Assembly: GCA_036443495.1 (NCBI GenBank)
Contig: JAZFYL010000025.1
Location: 1 to 47,451, forward strand
Source of the DNA: Gemmatimonadales bacterium
GTDB lineage: Bacteria; Gemmatimonadota; Gemmatimonadetes; Gemmatimonadales; GWC2-71-9
Length of the DNA stretch: 47,451 nt
Direction of reading: 5' to 3'
Shown: piece by piece, positions 1 through 9,142 of the stretch
How positions within the stretch are numbered: the stretch's first letter is position 1
How the letters are laid out: the number at the start of each line of letters is the position of its first letter
The notes under the pieces: generated by a model
What the model was told of the DNA's origin: nothing
Databases searched by the model: none
The model's input: the letters and a program-made list of their open reading frames with translations, nothing else
Translations under genes and position numbers: made by a program

Positions 1-801
1 GTCGGCATCGACTCCACCTTTTACCGCCCCCCGTCGGAGAATACGCTGCGGCAGTATGCCCGCTACTTGCCGCCAGACTTCCCCTGCTGCAGCAAGGTGT
101 GGGACCAGATCACCGTTCACACCCACAGCGATGCCAGGAATCCGCGGTTGGGCGGCGAAAAAAACCCCGATTTCCTGAACGCCGGCCGCTTCCAAGCCGA
201 AGTCCTCGACCCCTATCTGCAGCACTTCGAGGGGCACATCGGCCCGTTCATCTTCGAGTTCCAAGCCATACGCGCCGAGGATCGCGTGTCGCCCCAGCGC
301 TTCGCCGACTGGCTGGATAGCTTCTTCACGCAGCTTCCGCGCACGGCGCCCTACGCCGTGGAAATCCGGAATCCCGAGTTTCTTCACCCAAGCTATTTCG
401 CGGTCTTGCGGGAGCACGGCGTGGCCCATGTCTTCAACAGCTGGACGCGCATGCCGGGCATCGGCGAGCAGCTCGCGCTCGATGGCGCAATAGGCGCACC
501 GTTCATCGTGGCGCGAGCGCTATTGCGGCCCGGCCGTGCCTACCAGACGGCGGTCGAGAGTTTCAAACCCTACGACCGGGTGCAGGACGTCAATCCGACA
601 TTGCGGGCTGACCTGGTCAGGCTCATCGAGACGGCCGTCGACGCCCGAATTCCGGCCTACCTGTTGGTCAACAACCGGGCCGAGGGAAGCGCGCCGCATA
701 CCGTGGCCGCAGTTGCCGAAATGGCCGTCGCCCGACTGGCCCAACGCACAACGGGGGCGAACGCCGAAGCATCCACCCCCGCCAGCCATCAGGAACGCTA
801 G
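1..801 (+). CDS. DUF72 family protein (5' end cut by window edge)
   Basis: Frame 1 is open from nt 1 (VGIDSTFYRPPSENTLRQYARYLPPDF...) and runs into ORF 67..801. The STFY motif and overall pattern match DUF72/YecE-like proteins. Confidence 0.8.
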   Translation, partial: VGIDSTFYRPPSENTLRQYARYLPPDFPCCSKVWDQITVHTHSDARNPRLGGEKNPDFLNAGRFQAEVLDPYLQHFEGHIGPFIFEFQAIRAEDRVSPQRFADWLDSFFTQLPRTAPYAVEIRNPEFLHPSYFAVLREHGVAHVFNSWTRMPGIGEQLALDGAIGAPFIVARALLRPGRAYQTAVESFKPYDRVQDVNPTLRADLVRLIETAVDARIPAYLLVNNRAEGSAPHTVAAVAEMAVARLAQRTTGANAEASTPASHQER

Positions 802-815
802 GCCGGGCCGGCCCG

Positions 816-2027
816 TTACTCCACCGCCAACGCCTGGTCGAGGTCCACACCGGCGACCTGGCATATCCGGACAATGGTCTCGCCGATCTTGTTGTTGGGG
901 GTCGACGCCCCGGCCGTGATCCCGATGACACGAGTGTCCACCATCCAGTCCCGGGTCGTGGTACGCACCTTCCCTTCCACTTCCTGGTGTTCCAGCGTGC
1001 CGGACTCGACATCGATGCAACCCGCGTCGGCGATGTGATACGTGCGGACGCCCCGTTCCAGGCACAGCGACGCCAGATGGTGGGTGTTGCTCGAGTTGAA
1101 TCCACCCACCACCACCATCAAGTCGGGCGGCGTCTCCAGCAGCTCCAGCACGGCATCCTGCCGGTCCTGGGTGGCGGAACAGATCGTGTCGAACGTCCGG
1201 AAGTGGTCGTCGATGGAAGCCTCGCCGTAACGTTCGATCTGGCTCTTCCGGAATTCGTCGGCGATCGCCAAAGACTCCCCTGCCAGCATGGTCGTCTGAT
1301 TGGCCAAACCGACCCGTTCCAAGTCCAGCCCGAAGTCGAAGCCGGGAGAAACCGCATGTCGGAACCGGTCTTGGAGGGTGGCCAAGTCACCGTGACCTTC
1401 GATGAAGTCGCACACGAACCGGGCCTCTTCCATGTTGAGGACGATGAGGTACCGCCCTCCCTGATACTTGCTGACCTGACTGGCGGTCGCCTTGGTCTCC
1501 TCATGGTAGTGCTTACCGTGGATGATCGCGGTGTAGCTGTCTTTGGCGTACCGCTCGACCCGCTTCCACACGTTGAGCACCGAACCGCAGGTGGTATCGA
1601 CCAGCACGCACCCGAGGTCCCGCAGTTGCTGGAAGTCCTGAATCGTCACCCCGAAGGCCGGAAGGATCACGACGTCATCGGGCTCCAATCGGGTGAAGTC
1701 GAATTTGCCGTCCGGTCCATGGCCCAACAACTGGATACCCATCTCTTCCATCTTGCGGTTCACATGGGGGTTGTGGATGATCTCCCCCACGAGAAACAAC
1801 CGACAATCGGGGAACTTGCGACGGGTCTCGTAGGCATACTCGACCGCCCTATCTACCCCATAGCAGAAGCCGAACTCGCGGGCCAGCCGGAACCGGAGCC
1901 CACCGACATCCAACGAGTAGTCGTTCGCCTTGACCGCGTCGACCACGTCACTGTGGTAGGCGTTGGTGAGTTCGCCCTGTATTTCCTTCTTGAGGCCGAA
2001 GCCTTTGCGATAGTATGTCGTCTCCAT
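816..2027 (-). CDS. ispH: 4-hydroxy-3-methylbut-2-enyl diphosphate reductase (long form)
   Basis: 403-aa ORF with IspH/LytB hallmarks (FGFCYGVDRA, VDTTCGSV, NSSNT, TAGASTP). The N-terminal extension resembles the long cyanobacterial-type IspH. Confidence 0.92.
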   Translation of the reverse strand: METTYYRKGFGLKKEIQGELTNAYHSDVVDAVKANDYSLDVGGLRFRLAREFGFCYGVDRAVEYAYETRRKFPDCRLFLVGEIIHNPHVNRKMEEMGIQLLGHGPDGKFDFTRLEPDDVVILPAFGVTIQDFQQLRDLGCVLVDTTCGSVLNVWKRVERYAKDSYTAIIHGKHYHEETKATASQVSKYQGGRYLIVLNMEEARFVCDFIEGHGDLATLQDRFRHAVSPGFDFGLDLERVGLANQTTMLAGESLAIADEFRKSQIERYGEASIDDHFRTFDTICSATQDRQDAVLELLETPPDLMVVVGGFNSSNTHHLASLCLERGVRTYHIADAGCIDVESGTLEHQEVEGKVRTTTRDWMVDTRVIGITAGASTPNNKIGETIVRICQVAGVDLDQALAVE

Positions 2028-2031
2028 CTCC

Positions 2032-2580
2032 TCAATCTACACCGCTATCGGTTGGGAAGCCGACATCGGCCGAGTCCCGCGGCGATTCGCACTCGATACC
2101 ACCCACCACGAGAGGTATACTCGAGACGCTCCCCTGCAGCTCCAGACTGTCGACCCCGAGAAGATCCTGAAGCCGCCCCACGAACCGGCCCGTTACCGAT
2201 TGACCTGCCTCCTCCAACAGCACTACTCCATCGCTCGCCACGAAGGCTATGACGCCATCTTCGGAGAACCAACGAACGGCGATGCTGGCCACCGACTTGG
2301 CCGAATCCTCACGCCACTCCGGCGGTTCGACCGCGTAGCGGCCGGCGACCTGGTTGCCCTCGGGAAAGACCACCATGCCAACCCCGGTGTCGCCGCTGGC
2401 GCCCACCACCTCGAGCCAGCCCAGATCGGGGCAGGAGACGGCGGTGGCCGACAGCTCCAGCGCAACCGTGTCTGATCCGTAGACCCACGACACCTGCATG
2501 GTCCCCTCGTCACCCCCGCCCTTGCACGCGGCCATGCCGATCAGGATCGCAACCATGGCCGGCCGGACGGAGGCGGTCAC
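2032..2580 (-). CDS. hypothetical lipoprotein
   Basis: 182-aa ORF with signal peptide and lipobox (AILIGMAAC). GTG start overlaps the upstream stop as GTGA, and it lies 4 nt upstream of ispH. No recognisable family. Confidence 0.6.
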   Translation of the reverse strand: MTASVRPAMVAILIGMAACKGGGDEGTMQVSWVYGSDTVALELSATAVSCPDLGWLEVVGASGDTGVGMVVFPEGNQVAGRYAVEPPEWREDSAKSVASIAVRWFSEDGVIAFVASDGVVLLEEAGQSVTGRFVGRLQDLLGVDSLELQGSVSSIPLVVGGIECESPRDSADVGFPTDSGVD

Positions 2581-3044
2581 GACGCCGACTCCTCCAACCG
2601 CAGGGAGCCGCGAGCGTCTGCCACCGACATCGTGTAGGGCTCCAGTCGTCGCACGAAATCCTGGGGCAGCGGGCGAGAGGCCAGCAGCTCGCGATCTGTT
2701 GCTACCAGCACCAGATGACCGTCGGCCGTCAACCGCCGCAGGTCCCGGTGGATGACGTCAAAATGCATGGTGATCGACCGGCGACCAACCCGCTCGACGT
2801 ACGCGGCGACCTCCAGGACATCGTCCAGGCGGGCTGGGTAGTGGAAATCGGTATGCACTTGAGCGCGCGGGAGGTACATGTCGTACTCATCGAACATGAT
2901 GCCATACGACAGGCCGACGGTCCGGAACAACTCCGTCTCGGCCAGCTCGAAGAAGCGGACGTAGGATCCGTAGAAGATGATCCCCGCGGCATCGACGTCT
3001 GACCACCGAACGCGCTCTTCTATCAGAAACGGCTGTGCTGTCAT
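2577..3044 (-). CDS. acyl-CoA thioesterase, 4HBT/YbgC family
   Basis: MTAQPFLIEERVRWSDVDAAGIIFYGSYVRFFELAE... is the typical hotdog-fold YbgC N-terminus. I chose the internal ATG at 3044 because the longer ORF (to 3155) adds an Arg/Ser-rich non-homologous extension. Confidence 0.8.
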   Translation of the reverse strand: MTAQPFLIEERVRWSDVDAAGIIFYGSYVRFFELAETELFRTVGLSYGIMFDEYDMYLPRAQVHTDFHYPARLDDVLEVAAYVERVGRRSITMHFDVIHRDLRRLTADGHLVLVATDRELLASRPLPQDFVRRLEPYTMSVADARGSLRLEESAS

Positions 3045-3099
3045 AGAGCGGGAAGGTAGGGTGAGGACCGCTCGCGCGGTAGGTTGTCGACGCCTGCGA

Positions 3100-5268
3100 C
3101 TAGCGGACCGCCCCGAAGACGATGTCGAAGCGGAGACCCTGCCCCGATCCGCCATTCAACGGACCACTGAGGTCGAACCGGACCAATCCGCCGAAGAAGG
3201 ACACACCGGCCCCGGCACCGACCAGCACCGACTCGTCCTGCAACGACCCCACCGGACCTGCTTGCCCGGCATCCAGGAACGCCACCGGTCGAATGTTGCC
3301 GTCGAATGGTGCCCAGTCGGCGCGAAGGGCCCAGAACGCTTGGCCCCGTTCCGTTCCGTAGGTGAGCCCGCGAACGGTCGGCAGACCGCCGACCCGAAAC
3401 AGGGCCTGATCGAGATCGCTCGAGGTAGCAACACCGGCGTCGAATCCCAACGTCAGCCTTGTCTTCTCGGGAAGCGGTTGCCGCCACGACGCATAGACGC
3501 GGCCAACCATCGAAGTCGACCCGACGAACACATCTGTGGCGGCTCGCCAGGAGGCTGGTCCGGAAGTCCCGTCGAAGCGCCAGCCGACCACACCGAACGT
3601 ACCCTCCGTCACCGTGGGATTCGGGGGGAAATTGTTGTCGCTCCACAGCCCGTTGACACCCGAGCCGACTTGCCGAGTGACGCTTTGCTGGTCCTCCACG
3701 CGACCGAAAAGCGTGAGCTGGAGACCCCGACTCAACGAGGTCTCGAATTCTACGGAACCGCCCACGGCCTGGTAGTAGTCCGCGTTGTCGTGACTGGTGA
3801 ACAGGGCATTCACGGAGTTGCCGAGCGTCTTCACCCGGAAGAAACGATCGACTTCGACCACTTCATAGTGGCCGCTAACAGTCAGGCGGCCCCCAGGCGC
3901 ATCCCGAATCAAGGACAGACGTCCGTTCAGCTTGCCATCGGCGATGCCGTAACGCACCGTGCCCATCACGTTGGTGAAGGACACCCCCGGGACCTTCACC
4001 TGGTAGCCCAAACCTACCGAGAGACCCTGGACACGATTGAATCGGAGAATGTCGGCGAAACGCTCGTAGGCAATCCCCCGGCGGCGGATGCCGGTCATGT
4101 CGCTGGACAGACCTTCCGCCAACCGCGCAACTTCGGCCTCGGCCTCCCGAATGCGCTCGTCGTCACCCTCCTCGGGATCGAGGGTCAGCGAATCGGTCCA
4201 GGCGTAACTGTCGAGCGAATCAGCCGGAGGACGATGGACTTGGAACCGCCCACCGGCCCAGTAGCCGGTGTAGTCGACCGTCTTGGTCGAGTCGTTGAAG
4301 TATCGACGCCCCCGTCCATCATTCGTGGACGAAATAACGATGTTGGCCTCACCCTCATCCCGCATTTCCGCTGAATCATCGTCCGGGACGGTGAACACCA
4401 CCGGTGTGCCGGTGTTGATCTCGTAATCCTGGAACGTAGTCTTGGCCTCGAAGGGGATCACGATGTCGCTGATGATGGGGATCTGGATCCGCCCGCTCAC
4501 CACCTGCCGGTAAGGCATCCAGTACCGTCCATCCTGGAGCGAATACTCGATGTCGGCGTCGACGCTCAGGATACGGTTGATGATCTTGTTGGCCGTCCGG
4601 GCACCGGACGAGTCCTCCGGTGATTCCGGAATCTCCCACATGCCGGTGCCGACAAACCGAAAGGTGAAGCGCACCACTTCGGCCGTCTCCGCGTCCAACC
4701 ACATATTGCCCACGATCAGCGATGCGCCCGTGCTCAGCGGCACAACTTCCACCTTCAGCATCCGGAGCTCTCTTCCGGAAGGCAGGAACAGGCGCACGCT
4801 GTCGGTCAGGGCGTAGTGGTACCAAGTGGGGCCATCGCTCGCCAAGGGATGCAGGGCCGCCCGCTCGGGGAACTCATTGCCGAAGAAAGAAACCGAATCC
4901 CCGATGCCACGCGGAAAAAACCACGGGGTCTCCATTACCGCTTTGATGTTCCAGTCTTCCCGACGGGCCTTGGAGCGCGTCCCCAGAACGTCCACGCGGA
5001 GGTCGTTGGGGAGTTGCCAATGGACGACCGCTTCCTGCTCCTCGACCGCGGCGATGGGAATGCGGGCCCACCGGCGACGTCCCAGGGAGAACGACAGTCG
5101 GTATCGGAGAAGTGCGCGGTAATCGGTAACCGCCGAGTCCTGAGCGTGATGGCGCTCGGCGGCGCGCCGGATCAGATCCCGGGTCGCCGCGTCGGCAAAA
5201 CTGGAGTCGGGGAGGTGGCTGGTGCCCTGGAGCGAGAGGGCTAGGACCGCTGCTGCGGCGAGGCCCAT
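3100..5268 (-). CDS. Omp85-superfamily outer-membrane beta-barrel protein with an uncharacterised N-terminal half
   Basis: 722 aa. The C-terminal roughly 300 aa show alternating beta-strand pattern, a VRG(L/Y) loop-6-like motif (TVRGLTYG) and terminal strands GAGAGVSFF...RFDIVFGAV. The N-terminus is signal-like. The gene overlaps the upstream gene by 28 nt. Confidence 0.7.
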   Translation of the reverse strand: MGLAAAAVLALSLQGTSHLPDSSFADAATRDLIRRAAERHHAQDSAVTDYRALLRYRLSFSLGRRRWARIPIAAVEEQEAVVHWQLPNDLRVDVLGTRSKARREDWNIKAVMETPWFFPRGIGDSVSFFGNEFPERAALHPLASDGPTWYHYALTDSVRLFLPSGRELRMLKVEVVPLSTGASLIVGNMWLDAETAEVVRFTFRFVGTGMWEIPESPEDSSGARTANKIINRILSVDADIEYSLQDGRYWMPYRQVVSGRIQIPIISDIVIPFEAKTTFQDYEINTGTPVVFTVPDDDSAEMRDEGEANIVISSTNDGRGRRYFNDSTKTVDYTGYWAGGRFQVHRPPADSLDSYAWTDSLTLDPEEGDDERIREAEAEVARLAEGLSSDMTGIRRRGIAYERFADILRFNRVQGLSVGLGYQVKVPGVSFTNVMGTVRYGIADGKLNGRLSLIRDAPGGRLTVSGHYEVVEVDRFFRVKTLGNSVNALFTSHDNADYYQAVGGSVEFETSLSRGLQLTLFGRVEDQQSVTRQVGSGVNGLWSDNNFPPNPTVTEGTFGVVGWRFDGTSGPASWRAATDVFVGSTSMVGRVYASWRQPLPEKTRLTLGFDAGVATSSDLDQALFRVGGLPTVRGLTYGTERGQAFWALRADWAPFDGNIRPVAFLDAGQAGPVGSLQDESVLVGAGAGVSFFGGLVRFDLSGPLNGGSGQGLRFDIVFGAVR

Positions 5269-5708
5269 TTGCTGCGACCGTCACGGTGGAGACCGTAGGC
5301 CTTGAGCCGTCGCCACAGGGTCGTCCGGCTGATACCCAAGTACTTGGCGGTGTCCGCCAGCCGCCAATTGTGAGCTTCCAGCGAATCCAGAATGGCGTCC
5401 TTCTCCCGGGCTGCCAGCGTCGTCGGGCTTGCTACGCCGGGAATGAACATCGCCTCACCCAGGTCCATGTTGCCAATCCGCAGAGGCTGAAGCCGTCCCC
5501 CCATAGCCGCGAGCCGCGGCTGCAGGTCCTCGGAGTCCTCGGACAGATCCGCATCCCGCATGGCTTCCCGCGCGGGATCGTTGGCGTATATGACCTTGCC
5601 CTCCCCGGAGAAGACCAAGACCCCTTCAGCAAAACCATCCAGCAGGGACTTGGCCAGCGGGGAAAAGAGAGACGGCGTCGTGCTGGTGGATTCCTCAGTC
5701 ATGATCAT
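5241..5708 (-). CDS. PAS-like sensor fused to Fis-type (HTH_8) DNA-binding domain, no AAA+ module
   Basis: The C-terminus DAILDSLEAHNWRLADTAKYLGISRTTLWRRLKAYGL is a classical NtrC/Fis-type HTH. The N-terminal FAEGVLVFSGEGKVIYANDPAREAM is PAS-like. Confidence 0.75.
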   Translation of the reverse strand: MIMTEESTSTTPSLFSPLAKSLLDGFAEGVLVFSGEGKVIYANDPAREAMRDADLSEDSEDLQPRLAAMGGRLQPLRIGNMDLGEAMFIPGVASPTTLAAREKDAILDSLEAHNWRLADTAKYLGISRTTLWRRLKAYGLHRDGRSKWASPQQRS

Positions 5709-5890
5709 ACCAGTAGTCTACGATTGGAGCACAAGTAGGGTTTCATAGAGAGACGTACAACAGTCGCGACCCCTGCACAAGCCTTTCACAAAGGAACGTC
5801 TCTTCGGCGGGCTCAGGTTCCGCCTGTCCGTCCTTACAAAGCCATGGTGATGTTCACTCCAGCTTGCGTAGAGTGGAGCTTTTGCGTATC

Positions 5891-5906
5891 CTGACTGAAC
5901 AGTCAG
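5891..5906. promoter_or_regulatory. perfect 7-2-7 palindrome CTGACTG-AA-CAGTCAG, candidate TetR operator
   Basis: Read directly in the sequence, ending 3 nt before the TetR-family ATG at 5910, in the divergent intergenic region. Confidence 0.5.
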
Positions 5907-5909
5907 TCA

Positions 5910-6443
5910 ATGGATATTATCTTGCTCAAGGACCAAATCTCCCAGGCAGCCCTCCAAGTCTTGGCGCGCGAGGGCCTTCAACAGTGGACTATCTCGGCGG
6001 TCGCTCGTGAAGCCGGCTGCGCCAAAGGCCTGGTCCATTACCATCATCGCACTAAGGAAGAGTTGCTGGGGACGGTTGCTGACCAGCTGGTCAGGGATCG
6101 TACGGAATCTCGGGTGCGGGCCCTCAGCAGGCGGAGCACGGCCGCGCTCGATAACCTGTGGACAGACCTCGCCCAGTCGGTGAAGACGGGCCGCACGGCC
6201 GCCTGGCTCAGCCTGATGGGACACCCGAGTCCGGCCGTGAGGTCCAGGATCATGCTCCCCGACAACTACCTCACCCGTTTGTCTGAAGCGGTCGCCGAGG
6301 CATTCGCCCTGGATGCTGTGGACGAAAGCGTCGCCAGAGCGATCGATGGCGGCCTCGATGGGATGGAAGTGGCCCTTCTTCGAGGAGATTCCGAGGACAG
6401 CGTGCACGAGGCATTTCACCGGATGTGGTTGTCGGTCCTCTAG
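5910..6443 (+). CDS. TetR/AcrR family transcriptional regulator
   Basis: N-terminal HTH (ISAVAREAGCAKGLVHYHHRTKEELL) is typical of TetR_N. 177 aa. Confidence 0.88.
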   Translation: MDIILLKDQISQAALQVLAREGLQQWTISAVAREAGCAKGLVHYHHRTKEELLGTVADQLVRDRTESRVRALSRRSTAALDNLWTDLAQSVKTGRTAAWLSLMGHPSPAVRSRIMLPDNYLTRLSEAVAEAFALDAVDESVARAIDGGLDGMEVALLRGDSEDSVHEAFHRMWLSVL

Positions 6444-6457
6444 CCCCGACGGTCGGA

Positions 6458-9025
6458 TCAGTGTCGGCGCCGTCGTCTCGGATGCCTGGGTCGTTCGCGC
6501 CGTTCGCGTCTCGGCAGGTTTCGTAGCGCCTGCTGCATTTCGTCTAACGACCTTGCCCTGAGCGCGGGCCCTTGTCCCCGGACGACAGTGAACCGCAGGG
6601 GCCGATCGAGCTCCGGCAGGTCTCTGGGTTTGAGGCGCCGGGCTTGCCCCTCCCTCAACCGCAAGCGAACGACCGGAACGCCGGATTCGAGATCGTAGTC
6701 CAAGGGTACGGCATCACCCAGCAACTGCACTTTGTCCGGTAGAGCCCAGAGCTTGTCGCTGACCTCGGGAGGAATCCGGTCCGCGGGGTCTAGACTCAGG
6801 CGGGTCCGCAGAAACGAAGCCCACCCTGTGACGTCCCTCAATTGCCTCCGAAGGTCCGCTTTCAGCGAAGCTGTTTCTGCCTGCGCCAAGTCACCACCCG
6901 ACCTGCGATGGAGCTCCCCCAACTCGCTCAGGTCCTGTCTGATGCGCACCTGCCCCGGATGTACGGTAGCGCCGGACAGCAGGGCTTCGATCAGGCCGTC
7001 CTTCATGGCTTCCCGCAATTGCGCGGGAACGTCGCCCTGCAGGCTGGATTGCTCGGTATCGAGGCTGAAGCCATGGAAGGTGAGCTGGCGGGAAATGACC
7101 AGTTGCTGACGTTTGCGAGTTCCGCGGACTTCTACGCGGGGCGGCTCTCTGACCGCAAAGCGTCGCACGAGGTCATACGGGAGGGTGGTACCCTCGATGG
7201 CGGCCCGGGGTACACCGAACCGGTCGGCGAAGTACCGAATGGTACCCGCCACTGCCCCCCAATCTCCTGCCATGGAGGTGCGCGAGACGCGAGCCGGTTC
7301 GCCATCGGCGGTCTGCTTGTCGATGACCAGATCAAACGGCATCACCTTGGCCAGCAATTCCGCAAACTGCTGCCGCATCGGTTTCGTCGTTTCGGGCAGC
7401 CGGTCGGGAAGGGGCAGTTCCAGTGAGCGATAAACGGCGGCTGTCCCCAAGGCCGCGTCTTCGATGGCCTTGACCAGGACGCCTCGATCTTCGGCCCAAT
7501 CCTCGAGTTCCGGGTGGAACAGATGGCGAGGGAGCCCGTACACCTGACCCACATAGCTGAATCGGTTCACCGCCTCGGCATAGATACTGTATGCCGTGAG
7601 ATGATCGCTCCCGTTGGCGATCAAGCCGCTCAAGTCAGGGTCGTCCCGGGTCATGCGGTGGAGCGAATCGATGTTGGCGGCCACCGCCAGAATGGGGACG
7701 AGCGGCGGCTCGGCTTGAACCAGCAATTCTCCCCAGGTGCGTTCGACCGGAAGGGCTTCGACCTCCCGGCCGTATTCGGTAAGGCGGCCGTCTCCGATCA
7801 GGCCACGCTCGGTCAACTCGGTGATGGCTGCATGGTAGGCCGCGCGATCGAGGGGGACCGGCAATTCCAGGTCGCCGGCGTCCACGCCGAGCGCAGCGCA
7901 GGTAAGGGCGACCCGTTCGGTGTCGCCGGCCAACTGAAACTCCGGCGGACCAGGCTGGAGTTGCTCGAATTTCAGATCACGATCGCTGAGGATATCGACT
8001 TCCCCCTGTGCTACGCGGCCATGCACCCGTCCCGCCATTTGCAGGATCTCGTTGGGCCCGAGATACCCCCGATGGAGAACGTTGCGGCCCCGATCGACGA
8101 CATTGCTGTAGCGCGCGTCGTAGATGACGACCGTGTTGAGGCCATGGATATTGAGCGCGGACTGCCCCGCAGCCGTCATGGCCAACAACCATGGACGATC
8201 GACCTCGCCTTCCAGAAACGGCCTGATGACGCGTATCGGCTCTCCCCCGTGATAGAACGCCGTCGTCAGGCCGGGCCACCGCTCGCCCAAAGCAGAGGCC
8301 AGCTGTTCGACCTCTCTACGAGTGGGAACGAACACCGCTACACCGCGTCGTTCCTTGATCATCCGTCGGATATAGCGATCGTCGAGGAAGTCGGCCGGAC
8401 GGCGCGCAACCACTGTCACTTTGGCCTTGAGTGAGGCATCGAAGGCATACGACTGGAGAACCTCGGCACTGTCCAGGTACTTCCGGTAGAAAGCTGGGTC
8501 CACCGTGGCGCTGAGCCAGATGAAGCGGCATCGAGCCCGCTTGCCCAGCGCCAGCACCAATTCCAGTTCGGCGCTGGTCTGGTGGATTTCATCCGCGATC
8601 AGGGTGTCCCGTCCCGTAATCAGGTCGTCCTGGAACCACCGGCGCGCGATCCCGGTCGTCACGATTACGACGTTCCACCCAGGTGTCTCGGGAGTCGCCT
8701 CTCGCTCACGATTGACCACGCCGACCTCGAGCGGCTCCTGGAGGATTTCCTCGGCGATGGACCGTATCCCCAGAGTCTTGCCCGTGCCCGTCCCGGCCAC
8801 GATACCGAATCCTTTCCCCTCGCGTGCCCATTGCCGCAGTTCCGTACCGTGTTCTCGTTCCAGGACCGTGTCCACGTGGGCGTGCAGCGCCAACTCTATC
8901 GTCTCACACGCGGCACGCGTAGGTGCGATCACGATGATCCGCCCGCGTGGGTGTGGAGCGCGGCGATAGGCATCGGGATCGGGAGGAAGGAGGTGATTTC
9001 GGGTCGGATGCACGCGGGGAAGCAA
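6458..9025 (-). CDS. DEAH/RHA-type ATP-dependent helicase (HrpA/HrpB-like) with long C-terminal extension and poly-Arg tail
   Basis: Walker A GTGTGKT, motif II DEIH, motif III SAT, helicase-C motifs (QMAGRVHG), then HA2-like region. The C-terminus ends RRERRERPRHPRRRRRH. Confidence 0.85.
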   Translation of the reverse strand: MLPRVHPTRNHLLPPDPDAYRRAPHPRGRIIVIAPTRAACETIELALHAHVDTVLEREHGTELRQWAREGKGFGIVAGTGTGKTLGIRSIAEEILQEPLEVGVVNREREATPETPGWNVVIVTTGIARRWFQDDLITGRDTLIADEIHQTSAELELVLALGKRARCRFIWLSATVDPAFYRKYLDSAEVLQSYAFDASLKAKVTVVARRPADFLDDRYIRRMIKERRGVAVFVPTRREVEQLASALGERWPGLTTAFYHGGEPIRVIRPFLEGEVDRPWLLAMTAAGQSALNIHGLNTVVIYDARYSNVVDRGRNVLHRGYLGPNEILQMAGRVHGRVAQGEVDILSDRDLKFEQLQPGPPEFQLAGDTERVALTCAALGVDAGDLELPVPLDRAAYHAAITELTERGLIGDGRLTEYGREVEALPVERTWGELLVQAEPPLVPILAVAANIDSLHRMTRDDPDLSGLIANGSDHLTAYSIYAEAVNRFSYVGQVYGLPRHLFHPELEDWAEDRGVLVKAIEDAALGTAAVYRSLELPLPDRLPETTKPMRQQFAELLAKVMPFDLVIDKQTADGEPARVSRTSMAGDWGAVAGTIRYFADRFGVPRAAIEGTTLPYDLVRRFAVREPPRVEVRGTRKRQQLVISRQLTFHGFSLDTEQSSLQGDVPAQLREAMKDGLIEALLSGATVHPGQVRIRQDLSELGELHRRSGGDLAQAETASLKADLRRQLRDVTGWASFLRTRLSLDPADRIPPEVSDKLWALPDKVQLLGDAVPLDYDLESGVPVVRLRLREGQARRLKPRDLPELDRPLRFTVVRGQGPALRARSLDEMQQALRNLPRRERRERPRHPRRRRRH

Positions 9026-9050
9026 CTGCCTTCACGCGGGTAATGGAAGG

Positions 9051-9090
9051 GGCACAAAGCGAGACACCCCCACGAACGCGGAGGTGTCTC
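9051..9090 (-). terminator. possible intrinsic terminator after the 9143..9610 gene
   Basis: 8-bp stem GAGACACC/GGTGTCTC (9061..9068 and 9083..9090) with a 14-nt loop, followed on the minus strand by GCTTTGTG. The loop is large and the U-tract weak. Confidence 0.35.
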
Positions 9091-9142
9091 ATCTATGAAT
9101 TCTGGTGCCCAAAGGCACTCTTTGGGAGGGGGCCCGATCGGT

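Noticed and set aside
987-2252. 421-aa plus-strand ORF, with the similar long ORFs 520..1065 and 668..1105 on the minus strand
   Set aside because: It is antisense to the well-supported ispH gene. The translation is Arg/Gly/Pro/Val-rich low-complexity sequence with no family resemblance, a typical high-GC shadow ORF.
2977-4374. 465-aa plus-strand ORF, and 3041..3646 on the minus strand
   Set aside because: It is antisense or alternate-frame to the Omp85-like gene, with no recognisable domains and biased composition.
7514-8434. 306-aa plus-strand ORF, and other ORFs within 6458..9025
   Set aside because: They overlap the DEAH helicase gene, which has full motif support. These are shadow frames.
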